DNA from: Macrostomum lignano
Taxonomy: Eukaryota
Length of the DNA stretch: 64,000 nucleotides
Reading direction: 5' to 3'
Assembly (NCBI GenBank): GCA_002269645.1
Contig: NIVC01002376.1
Coordinates: 115,599-179,598, forward strand
The first letter of the stretch is position 1. Every line of letters begins with the position of its first letter. Of the stretch, positions 10,862 to 23,754 are shown piece by piece. Both the position numbers and the translations under genes were made by a program. The notes beneath the pieces are model-generated. The model saw nothing but the letters and a program-made list of their open reading frames with translations, was not told where the DNA came from and did not search any database.

Positions 10862-13800
10862 AGAGAGAGAGAGAGTTGGCAACCCCCTTCCCGGCTGATG
10901 GATTTCGTATCAGCATTAGTAATGACTATCCTGCAGTAGGCTTTTATTTGAGACTACAGGGACTGTTTTACAGCCATATATATGTTCCATGTATATATGT
11001 TGTATGCACACTTTAGCATTCTTGCTTTCTATATCCAATAACCATATTCATTGTAAGTATACAATGATACACTGCATTGACTGATCTGCTTGAATGTCGC
11101 CATGCTCCCCCGAGAACATCACAACTTTTTTGTAATTCGTAATTCATGTGTCCCTTTAAATTTGACACTGACAAGCAATTCAAATATTCCATGCCACCAT
11201 TGTCTACATAACAATTCACATATGTTCCATTAGACTTCAACTAAAGGGAGTTGGCGTCGCTGACCAAGCGAATGCTAGGGGTCGCTTGTTGGGATCGTCT
11301 TGTGCTAGGGTCTAAATATCCAGCGACTTTCCAACGGAAGCCTCCCTTGTTGACCCCCAAAAAAAACTTTATAAGTTTATATAACTATTTAAACCTTTCA
11401 ACGTTCCTATACATGCCCTCTTTGCATTCAGTTTCATTAAGGACATAATATTGATCGAAAAAAGCAAAATAAAAAAACAAAAAAAATCTGCAAATTTACC
11501 ATTTATCTACTACAAGTAGACGCGCATTTTTTGGCAGGTTAACTTAAATATTAACCTTGCGGCAAACTTTCATGCAATGGGACTTATACCATGTCATTCA
11601 GCATGGAAATCTGCATATTAAACATGTTTAATTTCCTCATCTCCGCATCAGAGGCTCAGCTGCCTTGCGGCAAGTCATCCGAGATGCCTCTTTTTGGCAA
11701 AATGGAGCAAAGGTTACCCGCATATCAAATTGAATTGTTTAAAATATGGCCTTTCATGACAACACAAAGAAAAATGTATTGAAAATTTTTAACTGACAGT
11801 AGAGGGGCCTTAGAAATTTTTTTTCATTTTTTTTATTGCAAAATTTGTGCTTTACTATATCCTTTATTCATTCCTTTCATTTAATTTGTTATTCCTAGCA
11901 CGCTTTAAGGTGATATTTCAATTGGCCATATGAACCCTCATTTTTACAATTGGCTTCATTCCATAGTCAGGAAGGTGTCCGTACGCCGGAATTTTCCGGC
12001 GTACATCAGCCCCCCCCCCAAAAAAATGGCGTACAGTTTCGCGTACACGCGGTCCGAAAAATGGCGTACAGAGTTCTTGGCGTACACAACACAGTTTTCG
12101 CATGCAAAAATCTGTCCAAAAATCGGCCTACAATATTTGCATGTGATTGGCGTAAGAACAAACGTTTAAAAAACCTGCAAACAACCCAATTACTTCGACA
12201 AAGTATTGTATATCGTTCAATTTTAGTGAATTGGTAAATCTATTTTCATCTTTAAAACGCTGAAATTACGTAAATTTTGAATCTGATTTATTGTTAACAA
12301 AACTTTACTAAAGTTTTGTGTAAGTCAGTTATTTATTTTAACTTATTAACTAATTCTGTACAATAATTACTTTAGTATTTTAGATTTCTTCACGTTACAA
12401 CAGATGACATACAGGTAAGGTAAGATTTAAGTTGCAAATTTCGCGCATTTGCAGTTTTATTTTATTACATTTGTTAGCAATTTCGTCGTCGAGTTCGTCT
12501 TCTTCAAGTTCGTTCTTCAGACCATTCAAATTGATCTGTTCTCTCTCCTGGATTTTTGCAACTATTATTATTGTATTTGTATATACTAATATACTGATTG
12601 CTTCGCTTGTTGTCTTGTCTTGTGTTGTGTAACTTGTGTGTAACTTTGTAAGCACAATCGAATCCACAAGGAAGGAAGTGAAATATAAATATTCAGTGTT
12701 GACTCGACTGTGTTGTCGTGTTGATATAGCCAGGCTCATCGGCTCAGAAACTTTAACCATACCATTGCAAGTTGCAACACCAATGGAAACTAGTGACACT
12801 GTCACTGTCACTGACACTGACACTGAGGACGAGGTCGAGGAGATGGAAGTTTCTTCTGATAATGTCAATGCTATTGATAAAGCTTTGGATTCAACTTCAA
12901 GCTCACTTAGCTCAGCTATTGATTCTAGTAAGTGTGGCCTGTTTGCTAATTGCCTGTTTTCAATATTCTTTTCTTATCTTTTATTATAAATTATAAGTTC
13001 TGAAGAAAATAAATTTTAGACAGAATATTAAACATTGAGCTAGGGACCAATATGAATAGCCTTGATTCTCAAATTTTGCTTTTAAATATATTATGCTAAT
13101 CAGCTAATGCAGCCATGCCCATAGCATACATGATACATACAGTACAGGCTACAGGCTACAGCCTTGCCTATACTTTTGTTAACATTGACAAGTCTAGTCA
13201 TTAAGTCTTAAGTCTAGTCATTCATTCATGATGATTCATGTTATTGTTATTGATTGTCAGATTCCGACAAGTAGGCCAGTTTTTATCCAATCCAAATCCA
13301 ATATATGTATATGTTCTATTTTAGTGTAGTGTAGTCAAACATCAATAAGTATAAAGTATGTATATTGTTTAATTTCACATTCTATTATTTACATGAGATC
13401 TGACTCTGACTCATACATTGATTTGATAGTGATTGATAGGTGATAGCTGATACTGCCATACTCATACTTAACTTTATTTTATTGTTGACTTATTATAAAT
13501 TTTTGACTTACTTTTCTTAGACAATACAGTTAGTTAATTAGTTTTGTATATATGTAGCAATGCAATCCAAAGCTGTAGGCTGTGCCTGTAGGTAGAATGT
13601 ATGTAGCATTCAAAATCAGAGTCATCAGACCAAGACCATTTTCATTATTACCATATTATATTAATCCCCGCCCTTTCTATCTATTCTATAGCAACATTAT
13701 TTTAAACCCCTTAAGTAGCCCCAATAAAACCCTTTCACTAAAACAGGTTTTTCGGCTGCTTCTACTTCATCAAAGGCAGCTGGTCCTAAGACAGGTCTTA

Positions 13801-14203
13801 AAGAAGGCTGGGGATTTTTTGCAACCCCAAATCAGCTGCAGCCTATTTCTAATTCTAACAATCGCAAGCGAAAGTCTGTTAGTAATTCTGGCCCAAGTCA
13901 GTTAGAAGCCAAGCAACCCAAAAGAGTAATTGCACAGGATGTGCACTACTGTTTGTCCTGCTTAAGGGCTGGTCGAAATTTGCGAAACTGCCGAACAGTC
14001 CGTGGTCTTCCACATGATCTTAATCGGCACTGTAAGAGTCAACACCAGGGGCGCAAAGGTGTTGGACATGCACCTCCTGATTTCGCTCGAAGAGATAACC
14101 AGGAGGTTCGAAGGCTGTTGAATGAGCGTGCCCTGCAAAATGTAGCTACTGTGAAAGACGAAGAGGACGACTTGAGTGCTGAGGTTGATCAGTCTGAACA
14201 GCA

Positions 14204-14736
14204 GCAGCAGCAGTCATCCGATCAGCAGCAGTCATCCGATCAGCAGCAGTCATCCGATCAGCAGCAGTCATCCGATCAGCAGCAGTCATCCGATCAGCAG
14301 CAGTCATCCGATCAGCAGCAGTCATCCGATCAGCAGCAGTCATCCGATCAGCAGCAGTCATCCGATCAGCAGCAGTCATCCGATCAGCAGCAGTCATCCG
14401 ATCAGCAGCAGTCATCCGATCAGCAGCAGTCATCCGATCAGCAGCAGTCATCCGATCAGCAGCAGTCATCCGATCAGCAGCAGTCATCCGATCAGCAGCA
14501 GTCATCCGATCAGCAGCAGTCATCCGATCAGCAGCAGTCATCCGATCAGCAGCAGTCATCCGATCAGCAGCAGTCATCCGATCAGCAGCAGTCATCCGAT
14601 CAGCAGCAGTCATCCGATCAGCAGCAGTCATCCGATCAGCAGCAGTCATCCGATCAGCAGCAGTCATCCGATCAGCAGCAGTCATCCGGTCAGCAGCAGT
14701 CATCCGGTCAGCAGCAGTCATCCGGTCAGCAGCAGC
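14204..14736 (+). repeat. 15-bp coding tandem repeat (QQSSD), about 35 near-identical copies
   Basis: CAGCAGTCATCCGAT units seen directly. Confidence 0.95.
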
Positions 14737-17024
14737 AGACAGACCTGCAGTGTCGTCTACAGTTGCGACTCGAAGCTGTTGATTCAGCACCAGCTCCAGA
14801 AAACATGGCTAAGAAGATCACTGCTCTGCAAAAGGCGTTCGAGTCACAGACGCAGGAGATTGTGCAGATGAAAAAACTGCTTGAAAATATATCCGTCAAT
14901 GCTGTTGCTACATCTAAATGTAGTAAGGGCAGCAATCAAGAAAATAAGTCCAAAATCGACCTCGGCAACGATGATGTGGCGGCCACAAATAGTTTCGCTG
15001 AGTTACTGCAGTTTGAGTTTTGTTCGCTCAAGTCGTGCGAGAATGGTGACTCGATTTTTAACTGCGTTCCCTGTGTCACGTTCCTCTGCAAGTCGAAACT
15101 GATGCCTACCAACTGTACAGCCGAGCAAATCTACAGCATTCTGTAAGTCGAATGTTTTTTATATGTACTGTATGTAGAGTCCGTTTAGACGGGATAGTCT
15201 TAAAGAAGTACTTAAGGTGTTAATGTACCGAGCTTTTCACTTTTCCAGGAACCCCACCACCACTGAAAAGAATAAGTCCTTCAGCAGAGGGCTACGACTT
15301 TCAGCCGAACGAGTCGCAGGTTTGCTAAGTGGTGTGGACGAGTTCTCCAAATTTCGCAATGAACTCGTAAACCACTGTTCGACAAGCAAGACCCACTATT
15401 CGGCTGTGAAGGACTACCGAACCGAAGTCGTACAACAGACGGCACAAGGCAAGGTTGTGCGCACCCTTCTCCGCTGTGCTATTGCGACAATTGAAATGGC
15501 TGCTGCGGGTTCGCATTACGAGACTCTAATGAGTCTGCTCGATGCGTCTGATTGTGAAGTTGGTCAGATTGGCCATGGCTTGTAAGTTTACCTGCAAACA
15601 TATCTATAAATAATTTTATTTAAATGCAATCAGATATACTTAATAAATAATAACTTTGTCATTTCACCTACCCTCCCTCCTTACACAGTGCATTCTGCAA
15701 AGAACTTTGGAAGTTATTAGACGCCTGCGTAAACGACGAAAGTGCAGAGTTTCTGCGGTGTCCTCTGCCTTCGACTGGACAGCCGCCTCTGCTGACCATC
15801 ACCTGCGACAAAAGCACCCCAGGCCGCACAACGAATCAGGCGGCACTCCTTCTAGCTCGCTGCGAAAATGGCGAAGCCGTAGCGATTCCTGCGGGTGCAC
15901 CTGCTGTGTACGACTCTGCAATGCAAGCAGATGGGGAAGCCCTGGCCAAAAGACTAATGCAGACACTTAAGGTAACCGTCACTAACGTATTATTTTTTGG
16001 ACGATTGAAGGGATTCTAACAGTTTTAAACTTTAAATTAGACGAGTGCTTAATTTCATCATTTTGAATCTATCAGGTGTTGAAGACGCCCACTGCAAGCA
16101 TCATGGGTATCGTCGCTGATGGCCAGTACCAAGCTGGCACATTCTGCCGCGCTATTCGGACCGAGCTCGGGGCCCCTGTCGATGACGTCGAAAAGATTCC
16201 TGTGATGTGGGATGCGGCACACTACTTGAATCTGGCCGTCACTGATGTTCGCGATGGACCTGATGGGGAGTCATTGCGCCGGTTTATAAAGCGAGCGAAT
16301 TTTTTTGCTACCTATTTCAGCCATGGTCGTGGTGAGGCAGCACTGAAAGAAGCGTCAGACGGTTCAGCTCGAGCGATGTCGCATTTCGCAGCCCAGCGTT
16401 TCACGAGCTCTGCAATCAAGTAAGTACCAGCTATTATCAATAAATAGTCTAATAAAAATGGTGATGAAAAGCGTAAATAAAAATTTATTTAATGTCCTCC
16501 CACTACGCTTCTTTTTTTAGACAGTGGTCCGCCATTGAGGCAAGTTACGCCGCTCTGCACACCGCATTTCGAGCAGAAAATCCGTGCTGCTCTGATGACG
16601 AAGAGTCGCAATATGCAATGTTCGGAAGCGACTTCGTTTTTGACTTGCTGTGCCTGCAGGACCTTTTTGGTCCACTAGTCTCCCTGATGGAAGTGGCTCA
16701 GAACCTCCAGTTGCCTCACTGGAAGGTTTCCGTGCTGGCCGATCGGGTAGCGAAGCATTTTGCTGATCGCTCAGAGGTTTTCCGAGTTGAGGATTACCCA
16801 CGACTGCAGGTAAATGATTTGGGCCTATATGTAAGGGCTTAAATTATATTTAAAGGGCTTAAATTTGCGCATTCATTTCTTTCCTACTTCACTTCAATTT
16901 TTACAGCCCTTCTATGAGTCCATCAAACCGGGAGGCTCATTCAAATCGGTCGAATTGATGGGCGGATGGCTTGTACTGCCGGACAAGCCCACGGTGACCG
17001 CTCGAGGCAACCAACGCACCTATA

Positions 17025-17886
17025 AGACTTAGAAATCTGAATTGAATTTAAGTGAGCGTTAGTTGGTAACTAAAACTAAAAATAGCAACAGCAGAAGGTG
17101 CGAGCAACCGAAAGGAGAATGATTAGACAAAATCCGCCCCCAGAGATCAACTATTCATTTCAGCGCAGGCCCGGTTCGGCATGACAGCAGCTGTGCCAAC
17201 GTGGAGCTGGCCGAGACCGGATCCACAGAGGCGCTGACGTGGAGCTGCCGGAGACCGGATCCGCAGCTGTGCTGACGTGGAATGGCCCGAGACCGGAACG
17301 CAGCTGTGCTGACATGGAGCTCCCGGAATCAACCCGGCCTACCCCGACCTGCAGCTGCCTGCATCGACCCAACCCAGCAGAAACTGGAGCCGCCCGGACC
17401 CGATCGGGAACGAGATCGAGAGGAGGCCGAGTCCGCACAAGAAGGCGGGATCGATGAAAGGAAAGGGGTTGGCGTGCCTGCCAACCAACTAGTTTAATGA
17501 CAATAACTGTACTAGACTCGAGGCTGCGACCTCACTCACCCCAAATTCCCATGCGTACTGTTGCTATGGTATTATCTCCCCCTCGGATCGAGGGGTTTTA
17601 AAAACACTATATATATCGGAGCGGAGCGCGGAAAAAGATTCCCTGCTCCGGTGATTATAGACTCACTTCGAGTTCCGTTTAGATAAACTAGAAAATCATT
17701 GTGTTTGTGTTCTTTCTCAAGTAGGATCAGCGATAACGATCTAGAGAGATCACTACGACCAGCCGAAATACTGAGCTTCGATAGTCGTTAGGAGTTATAG
17801 CCTTCAAGACTTTTAGACTGCAATAAACCGCTAGACAAACTATAGGAAAACTACAAGTGAAGAAGAAGAGACATAAACTTGAAGCA
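17025..17886. mobile_element. 862-bp insertion (retroelement/LTR-like fragment) inside a transposase exon
   Basis: CTATA duplicated at 17020-17024 and 17887-17891; removing it restores the frame TY|STGRPSSRVDW; contains a TATA-like run, AATAAA and short tandem repeats. Confidence 0.7.
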
Positions 17887-20509
17887 CTATAGCACCGGTA
17901 GGCCAAGCAGCAGGGTCGACTGGCAACTCCGAGAGTCCCAGGATATGGAGCGGGTAATTTTTAACTCTGAGTTTTAGCACCGCTACTGTGTAAAAGTATA
18001 AACTTCTGTCATGTCATGATTAGTGTATTAACGCACTTATATATATTTATAATTCTCTCCAGGACCTAGTCCAGTTGGCTTCAAGCCTGCACCGCTCCTT
18101 TCTTGCGCGATTGGAGAAATGCTGCGTCAGGGATCCGTCAATTGTCCTGGATGCAGCATCTGCCGTTAGCCTGTTGACTGCCGAGGACATCAAAGAGGCA
18201 GTCGAGAATGCAACTCATGCCGTTGAGATGAAGCACCTTGTCCGCCTTGCTGAAAAGCACGAGCATCTCGCACCGCACGTGAAGTCGTCCCTATCACGGA
18301 AGTATTTGGAGGCTTTTATCACGACTATTCACGAGGCATTCATCTCAGGCGACGGCCGAGATAACTGGCTCACACCTGCTGTACAGGGTCGCATTATTAA
18401 GGTCTCTGCGGAACCCCGCAAGTCAGGCGATCTGGCGCTTCGACTGCGACTGACTATAGAGCCAAGTGAGTCTGTCTGCGCCACGCTTAACGAGTCAGCA
18501 GTATACGCGGCTTTTTACAAGGACCCTCGGGTTTATTCCCACGCTGGTCAAGCCACGTGTCTGTTGCTCGACTTTGCTCTTCACCGCGGCGGCACAGGTG
18601 AGCATGAGCTAGTCTGAAAAGTTTTAGGTATGCAGAATTTTAATACTTTGTAATTATGGAAACTTTCGTTTTTTTAGAAGCGATTGTCGAATCCTACTAC
18701 GTGACAATGCGCTCGCAGCAAAAAATCGGTGGTCAGCTCAACGACACGCTCAAGGTAAGAACGAAGCTACGCTGGATGCTGCCGCCAGTGGGTACCAGTG
18801 CCAATGAGCGACTCTTAGGACGAGCTGTGAAACTTTATTACACTGGCGACAGTCAAAGAAGCTTTCGGCAACACCGTGGACCACTCTTCTTCGACCCCAA
18901 AGCCCGCGCTCGCAAGAAGTATGAATCTAGCAAAGTGATTGATCGGCGCCGGGAACAGGGTAGTCGGTGTCCGTTCGTCGGAGCCGATAAGTCTCTGTCA
19001 GAATCGTTGTCTGAAAACAAATGAACTTTTTAATGGGTAATTAATACGTAAATTTTAAATCTGTAAATTGCAGCATTTTTTGGGTCCTCAATTTTGGCGT
19101 ACGCTTTTTTGGGCTATTCAATTTTGGCGTACGTCAAAAAGCGCTTTTTTAGGGCTTTTCAATTTTGGCGTACACAGCATTTTTTCTTAATTTTCATTCC
19201 GGCATACACTGGACACCTTCCTGACTATGGGCTTCATTTCGTATTTGTGACACTTTTTGTGGTAACTTTCGACACGTATAACTTTTTTCTTATGTCATAC
19301 ATTTTGTGACACATAGAAGGTTCAACACATTTTGGAAAGTATAATTTGTCTAGTTTCTGTTATAATTTATAATTTGTAATTTAGTACCTTTTTTCTTCAT
19401 TCTACGTAGGACACATTTTCATGTTTTTCATGTTTTGGGACATATTTCACAAACCTCATTGGAACCCCTACCATAGGCTATATCGCCTATATGACTTAAT
19501 AGGATTTGAAGAGTTATTTTGTTTCATATTTTAAGGCAATGCATGAAAAATAGCTTAAGCATGGTTAAGCCTTTAAAGAAAAATGGTTATAAGACCGCAC
19601 CTAAACTGCATCTACTTTTTTAATTTCAGGGTGCGACTTTAAAATTTAGGGTGCATACGCACACTCTGCACACAAAAAACCCTGGTGGTATACGGTGTCG
19701 TGTATGTGACTAGCATAGAAATTAATATAAATAATTTTTTGTGCTTTTTCTGTGTTAAGTTATTTCAAAAACCATTTTTTCTGCTACTATTTTCTCATAT
19801 ATCAATCATTTTAATTACCGGAGTTGTCATGACAATCATCATGTCGTTATCAATTTTTTGTATTTTAAATTTAAATTTAAACATTCGCTGATTTTTTTAC
19901 CATTTTTAAGTTGGCGTACATTTAAAATCTGTTGGCGTACAATTGAAAATTTAATAAAAATGTGTCCGGCGTACACAGAAAACCTTCCGCAATATGGGAT
20001 CCTGATTCCTGACTATGATAAAGTTGGGGCCTTGGGCCAAAATTAATAAATACATAACATAGGCCTTACAAAATAATCAGTCTAGACTAAAGAGTCTAAC
20101 AGTTAATTATAATTTTAATATTAGTTAAATAAATTAGTGCTATCTACAAAAGATAACACTGTATATAATCATATAATGAAACTAAAAAATGCAACAGGCA
20201 TTAGTACTCACCTCGTCTCTTGCATATTGTTAAGTCAAGATGTTATACTTATATGTTTAATGCATCAGGATCTGGCATGTCAAAAAAATAGTGAGGTGGG
20301 CCTGGTGGGGGCGGAGAAAAAACAAGATTTAGAAGTAGTAGTTGGTAAGTTTGGCTCAGGCAAAAAGCCTCTTTGGCCAATATAAGTCGATGTATTTAAT
20401 TCTTCTTCAAAAGGTTGGATACTTTTAAATGATGAATGACATACAAGTTACGAATTGATATTTGTATTAAATATGGTATTTGAAAGAGCGTCTGGACTTT
20501 TTTACGGTA

Positions 20510-20830
20510 TGTAATGAAATGAATAACCGAAAATCATAATTGGAATTTTAAATCGAGAGGTGCTGAATCAGAGCGGCGAACTCTTATGGCAACGATGCGG
20601 CAATTTATTATAATTATACGCTAGTTAATATTGAGCAACAAAACAAAGTACGTTATAAACCAGTTATGCAAACTTATATAAATCAAGGACTACTTAAGTC
20701 GTCCTTGATATAAATACGTACAGTAAAAAGTACAGTAAAATATAAATAGAATACAAATACAAATAATGCACAATGTGAAATAAGTACAAAGTTATGATTA
20801 CTTTTAAAACAGATATGAAGATACATTACG
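20510..20830. mobile_element. Possible degenerate solo LTR
   Basis: TGTAATG...CATTACG ends; flanks GGTA/GGCA (3/4 match). Confidence 0.4.
20684..20707. mobile_element. 24-bp TIR-only relic (excision footprint) of the CAAGGAC family
   Basis: CAAGGACTACTTAAGTCGTCCTTG flanked by perfect 8-bp ATATAAAT repeats; halves match the ends of the MITE at 35108-35724. Confidence 0.85.
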
Positions 20831-21876
20831 GGCACGGCCTCCCACTACGCGTAATCCACCGGCTGGATGACTCAATGAACCGTCATTCCCGGCGTGGAAA
20901 TCTGTGACACTCAATGTAACTTTCCTTCCCACCCCCTGGCTAAGTTTTGTTTTTCCGTGCTTTTCCCTGGGGTCCACCCGGTGCTATTTTCGTCACCACC
21001 CGGTGTACCCGATCTTTTCCTTTGCGTGTACAACTCTCTTCCCACCCGGGGTAACCCGCTTCCTCCCGGTGGTTCCTGAGAGCCTAATTTAATTTTAAGA
21101 GTCTGCGCCCCGCCTTTCCCAGCCAGACTCTCGTGGCCCGTGCCCGAACTCCGTGGAATCGCCCGCCTTCCTTGACTCTATTTACAGCCCATTACGAGCG
21201 GCCCCTAATTGTAAGCCCAGCAGCATCCCGACCCGACCAGCTCCTCACCCGACCAACTAATCTAAGCTAATAATTATCATCATAGTACATTGCTTATAGT
21301 GCGTGCAACAGCCGATAATAATAATGAATCCGGAAAATCGCGAAGTCGAATCTCAACGGGTTTTCTCCTGAATACTCCGTTTGCCGCGGTCCTCAGATTC
21401 GGGGGGAGGATAGTCGTTGTCGTAGTCGAGCGGTCTTCGTTAGGCACGGTCCGAGGACCAATTGGGTCCTTAGACACCATCGATTTAATGTACGTCGATT
21501 TGCTTAGTTGCTTACTAACAGTGTAGAGTAAACGTTGATTTCTCAGAGCTCGTTTGGAGTTGCGATTAATTGGATTTTACGCCCCACGGGCAAATGACTC
21601 AAGATAATGCTATGGGCTGCTTCGATTAGTTAATGAAAATAAATACATGTACTGGTACAGAGTTTACTGGTCACGCTGGATATTAACTAAATTAACGCAG
21701 GAAAATTATTATTCATTTATTAGCGATTATAGCGATTGAAACAGAGGAAAACTAAAAGTCTTCAAGGAATAAACTAGTAATTGGTTGTCAAAATAAGCAA
21801 ACAGGAACAGAGACGAACAGGTAAAAGCAAGGAAAGGGGTGGGTATTTTTAAAGATGACAGGACACGCAAAAATTG

Positions 21877-22189
21877 CCCGCATAGCAAAATTGCGTATCC
21901 AATAGAAAGTGGGACGTCTCCAATACGTAACTTTTTTGGTTGCAGGAACGACTCCTTGATACGTATCCAATTTTTATGATCCTCTAAAGAAGCTCTATCG
22001 TTTCTACAAAAACGGTGAACAGATAATGCTTGTAATTTTATTGATTATTTATTCCACCATTTTGGTAGAAACCAGCTTCTTTAGAGGATCATAAAAATTG
22101 GATCCGTATCAAGGACGTTCCTGCAAACAAAAAGTTACGTATCCGAGACGTCGCACTTTCTATTGGATTACGTAATTTTGCTATGCGGG
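21877..22189. mobile_element. Foldback MITE with about 120-bp TIRs, CACTA/EnSpm-like
   Basis: CCCGCATAGCAAAATT...AATTTTGCTATGCGGG; 3-bp TSD TTG. Confidence 0.8.
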
Positions 22190-22989
22190 TTGGCATAATA
22201 TAGTGAGCAAAAATCGAACGCTTAATTGGGGTGTGGCCGGGCACATGGTGGGTAAACCGGTGGGGCAACCGGTGGATGGGATTCCCGGGTTGGGTCAACG
22301 CACGAAAAACAGCCAAAAAAAGAATTAAAACAAAGTTAATACCAAAATGGGACCAACGGTGGGGGCAGGAGTTGGGCCAGGGGAAGGACCAGAGAGGCCA
22401 CCGGAAGGGTCAAACACGGGAGCGGGCGATGACGACAGATTTCGTCATCGAAGGAAGGAGGCGGGGGAGAGTGACACACACAATGTCAGGAACGTACGGT
22501 AGTACCAGAATTTCACAGTTGGTAGCCCCGTCCTACCACAATAGCTACTAACTATATTCAAAGAGTGCCCAATTTTCTATAACAAAACCAGGGTCTAGAC
22601 TATTTCGAACCCGTTGTCCATTAAGACGGGCGGTTCCTCGGGCCACAATTCGTGTTTACATTAAAACTTCAATTTATATGTGGACTCTTACTGGACGTAA
22701 TTAAACTCAGATGCCTTGAATTTTTAAATGGTTGTTAAACTTATGAAAAAATAAAGTTTCGGAACGTCGCATTCATATACGAGTTTTAACAAAGCTGCCA
22801 TATAAATTTTCTTTAGCCATGGTTTTAAACTCAGAGAACGTGAGTGCAACTGTGTGCACAGCGTTTGGTCCGGTGGATGAAGGCTTGGATCGGGGGTCTC
22901 GTAGGACCGCGGGTGATCGATGGTCCAGCCACAGTGACGTGACATCGTCCGCATAAGCCTATCTTCTGCACCGACTCCGGATACGGACT

Positions 22990-23270
22990 GCTGAGCGAAT
23001 CGTTCATGACGAATCTTCAGAGGATTGGGAGAGGACTCCACCTCGGAGTGTCCGAGGAGGTGCGAGATGGCAATTCCAGGGCTTCAAGAAGCACATTATC
23101 GAAGGTTACCATCAATGTCGATTGAGAAAGAGCGAGAGCGCGTATCCGCTGACGAGCACGCCGCGCTCCAGCTTGTGGACAATTGCATGCAGCGCACTTT
23201 CGATAGGAGGTCCAATTCGAAAGGCTTGCTGGTATCATCAAAACAATAAAACAATTCACTACCTCGTCTG
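22990..23270 (+). pseudogene. Degenerate Gypsy integrase N-terminal fragment
   Basis: LHLGV.., W.FQGFKKHI...CRLRK..YPL..P...W..GP pattern across shifting frames. Confidence 0.4.
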
Positions 23271-23526
23271 ACCAACTCGATACAAAAAAATAAAAAACGA
23301 AAACGAAATTCGATTACTGCTTGAGAAGTAAATGAAATAAAATTTACGCAACCACTTGTATAAAAAAAACTCAAACAATACTGGCAGCACCATAATTATA
23401 GCATCAATTAAGTCCGCAACTGATAAATTTCTAAGCGTTCATTATTCTCAGTTTGTTGACTCATTGTGGCTCATTTATACCATCATACCAGTGCAGGAGC
23501 GCCCCGGTTATTGTGTTCCCACGTTG

Positions 23527-23754
23527 CTAAGGCTGCAAAGGCTCTGTGTCCTCTGCCGCTTCCGTGGGCAGAGGACATGTAACGGCACGCAGTTGTCGAC
23601 ATGTCAGCAGGAGTCGTGGCTGAGGATCACGGTGGTGGGCGCTCGTAATTCTCAAAATCACATGGGGCTCGGACAGGCGGCTGCTTAGTTTGCCACGAGC
23701 AAAGGGCCGCCTCACGAGTACCCATTCGCCGATCTCGAATATAGAAGGTGGCAA
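23527..23754 (-). pseudogene. Gypsy integrase C-terminal (GPY/F-region) fragment
   Basis: FEIGEWVLVRRPFARGKLSSRLSEPHVIL. Confidence 0.65.

Larger units (their letters stand above)
12783..19024 (+). pseudogene. Multi-exon hAT-like transposase of element C, interrupted by an insertion at 17025 and a 1-bp deletion near 15949
   Basis: Cys/His fingers (CLSC..H..H; CVPC..H), QIGHG, TCDKST (first D), ADGQY (second D), WDAAHYLNLA, GTEAIVES (E) in the dimerisation-like region; GT-AG exons. Confidence 0.8.
11961..19230 (+). mobile_element. Element C: CCATAG-ended hAT transposon nested in B
   Basis: TIR CCATAGTCAGGAAGGTGTCC / GGACACCTTCCTGACTATGG; perfect TSD GCTTCATT (11953-11960, 19231-19238); GGCGTAC subterminal motifs at both ends. 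Confidence 0.92.
8940..19684. mobile_element. Element B: CWGGG-ended hAT-like element nested in A
   Basis: CTGGGTTTTTT...AAAAAACCCTG; TSD GTGGCATA/GTGGTATA (7/8 match); subterminal inverted repeat about 9085-9120 vs 19447-19485. Confidence 0.8.
8837..19997. mobile_element. Element A: CCATWT-ended non-autonomous hAT-like element (about 0.4 kb of its own sequence) hosting nested insertions
   Basis: TIR CCATTTTGCGGATGGT / ACCTTCCGCAATATGG; perfect 8-bp TSD GATCCTGA (8829-8836, 19998-20005). Confidence 0.85.

Noticed and set aside
2779-19684. A single 17-kb hAT bounded by the best-matching inverted ends
   Set aside because: The flanks ACTGCGAG and GTGGTATA are not a TSD; 19684 pairs by TSD and subterminal repeats with 8940.
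20330-20540. THAP-like reading on the minus strand (SFHYIP..LVCHSSF..LPT)
   Set aside because: In-frame stops, no N-terminal cysteines, and the motif straddles the putative LTR boundary at 20510.
20900-22430. Facing CCACC(C)GG motif clusters suggesting a larger transposon
   Set aside because: No defined TIR or TSD could be found.
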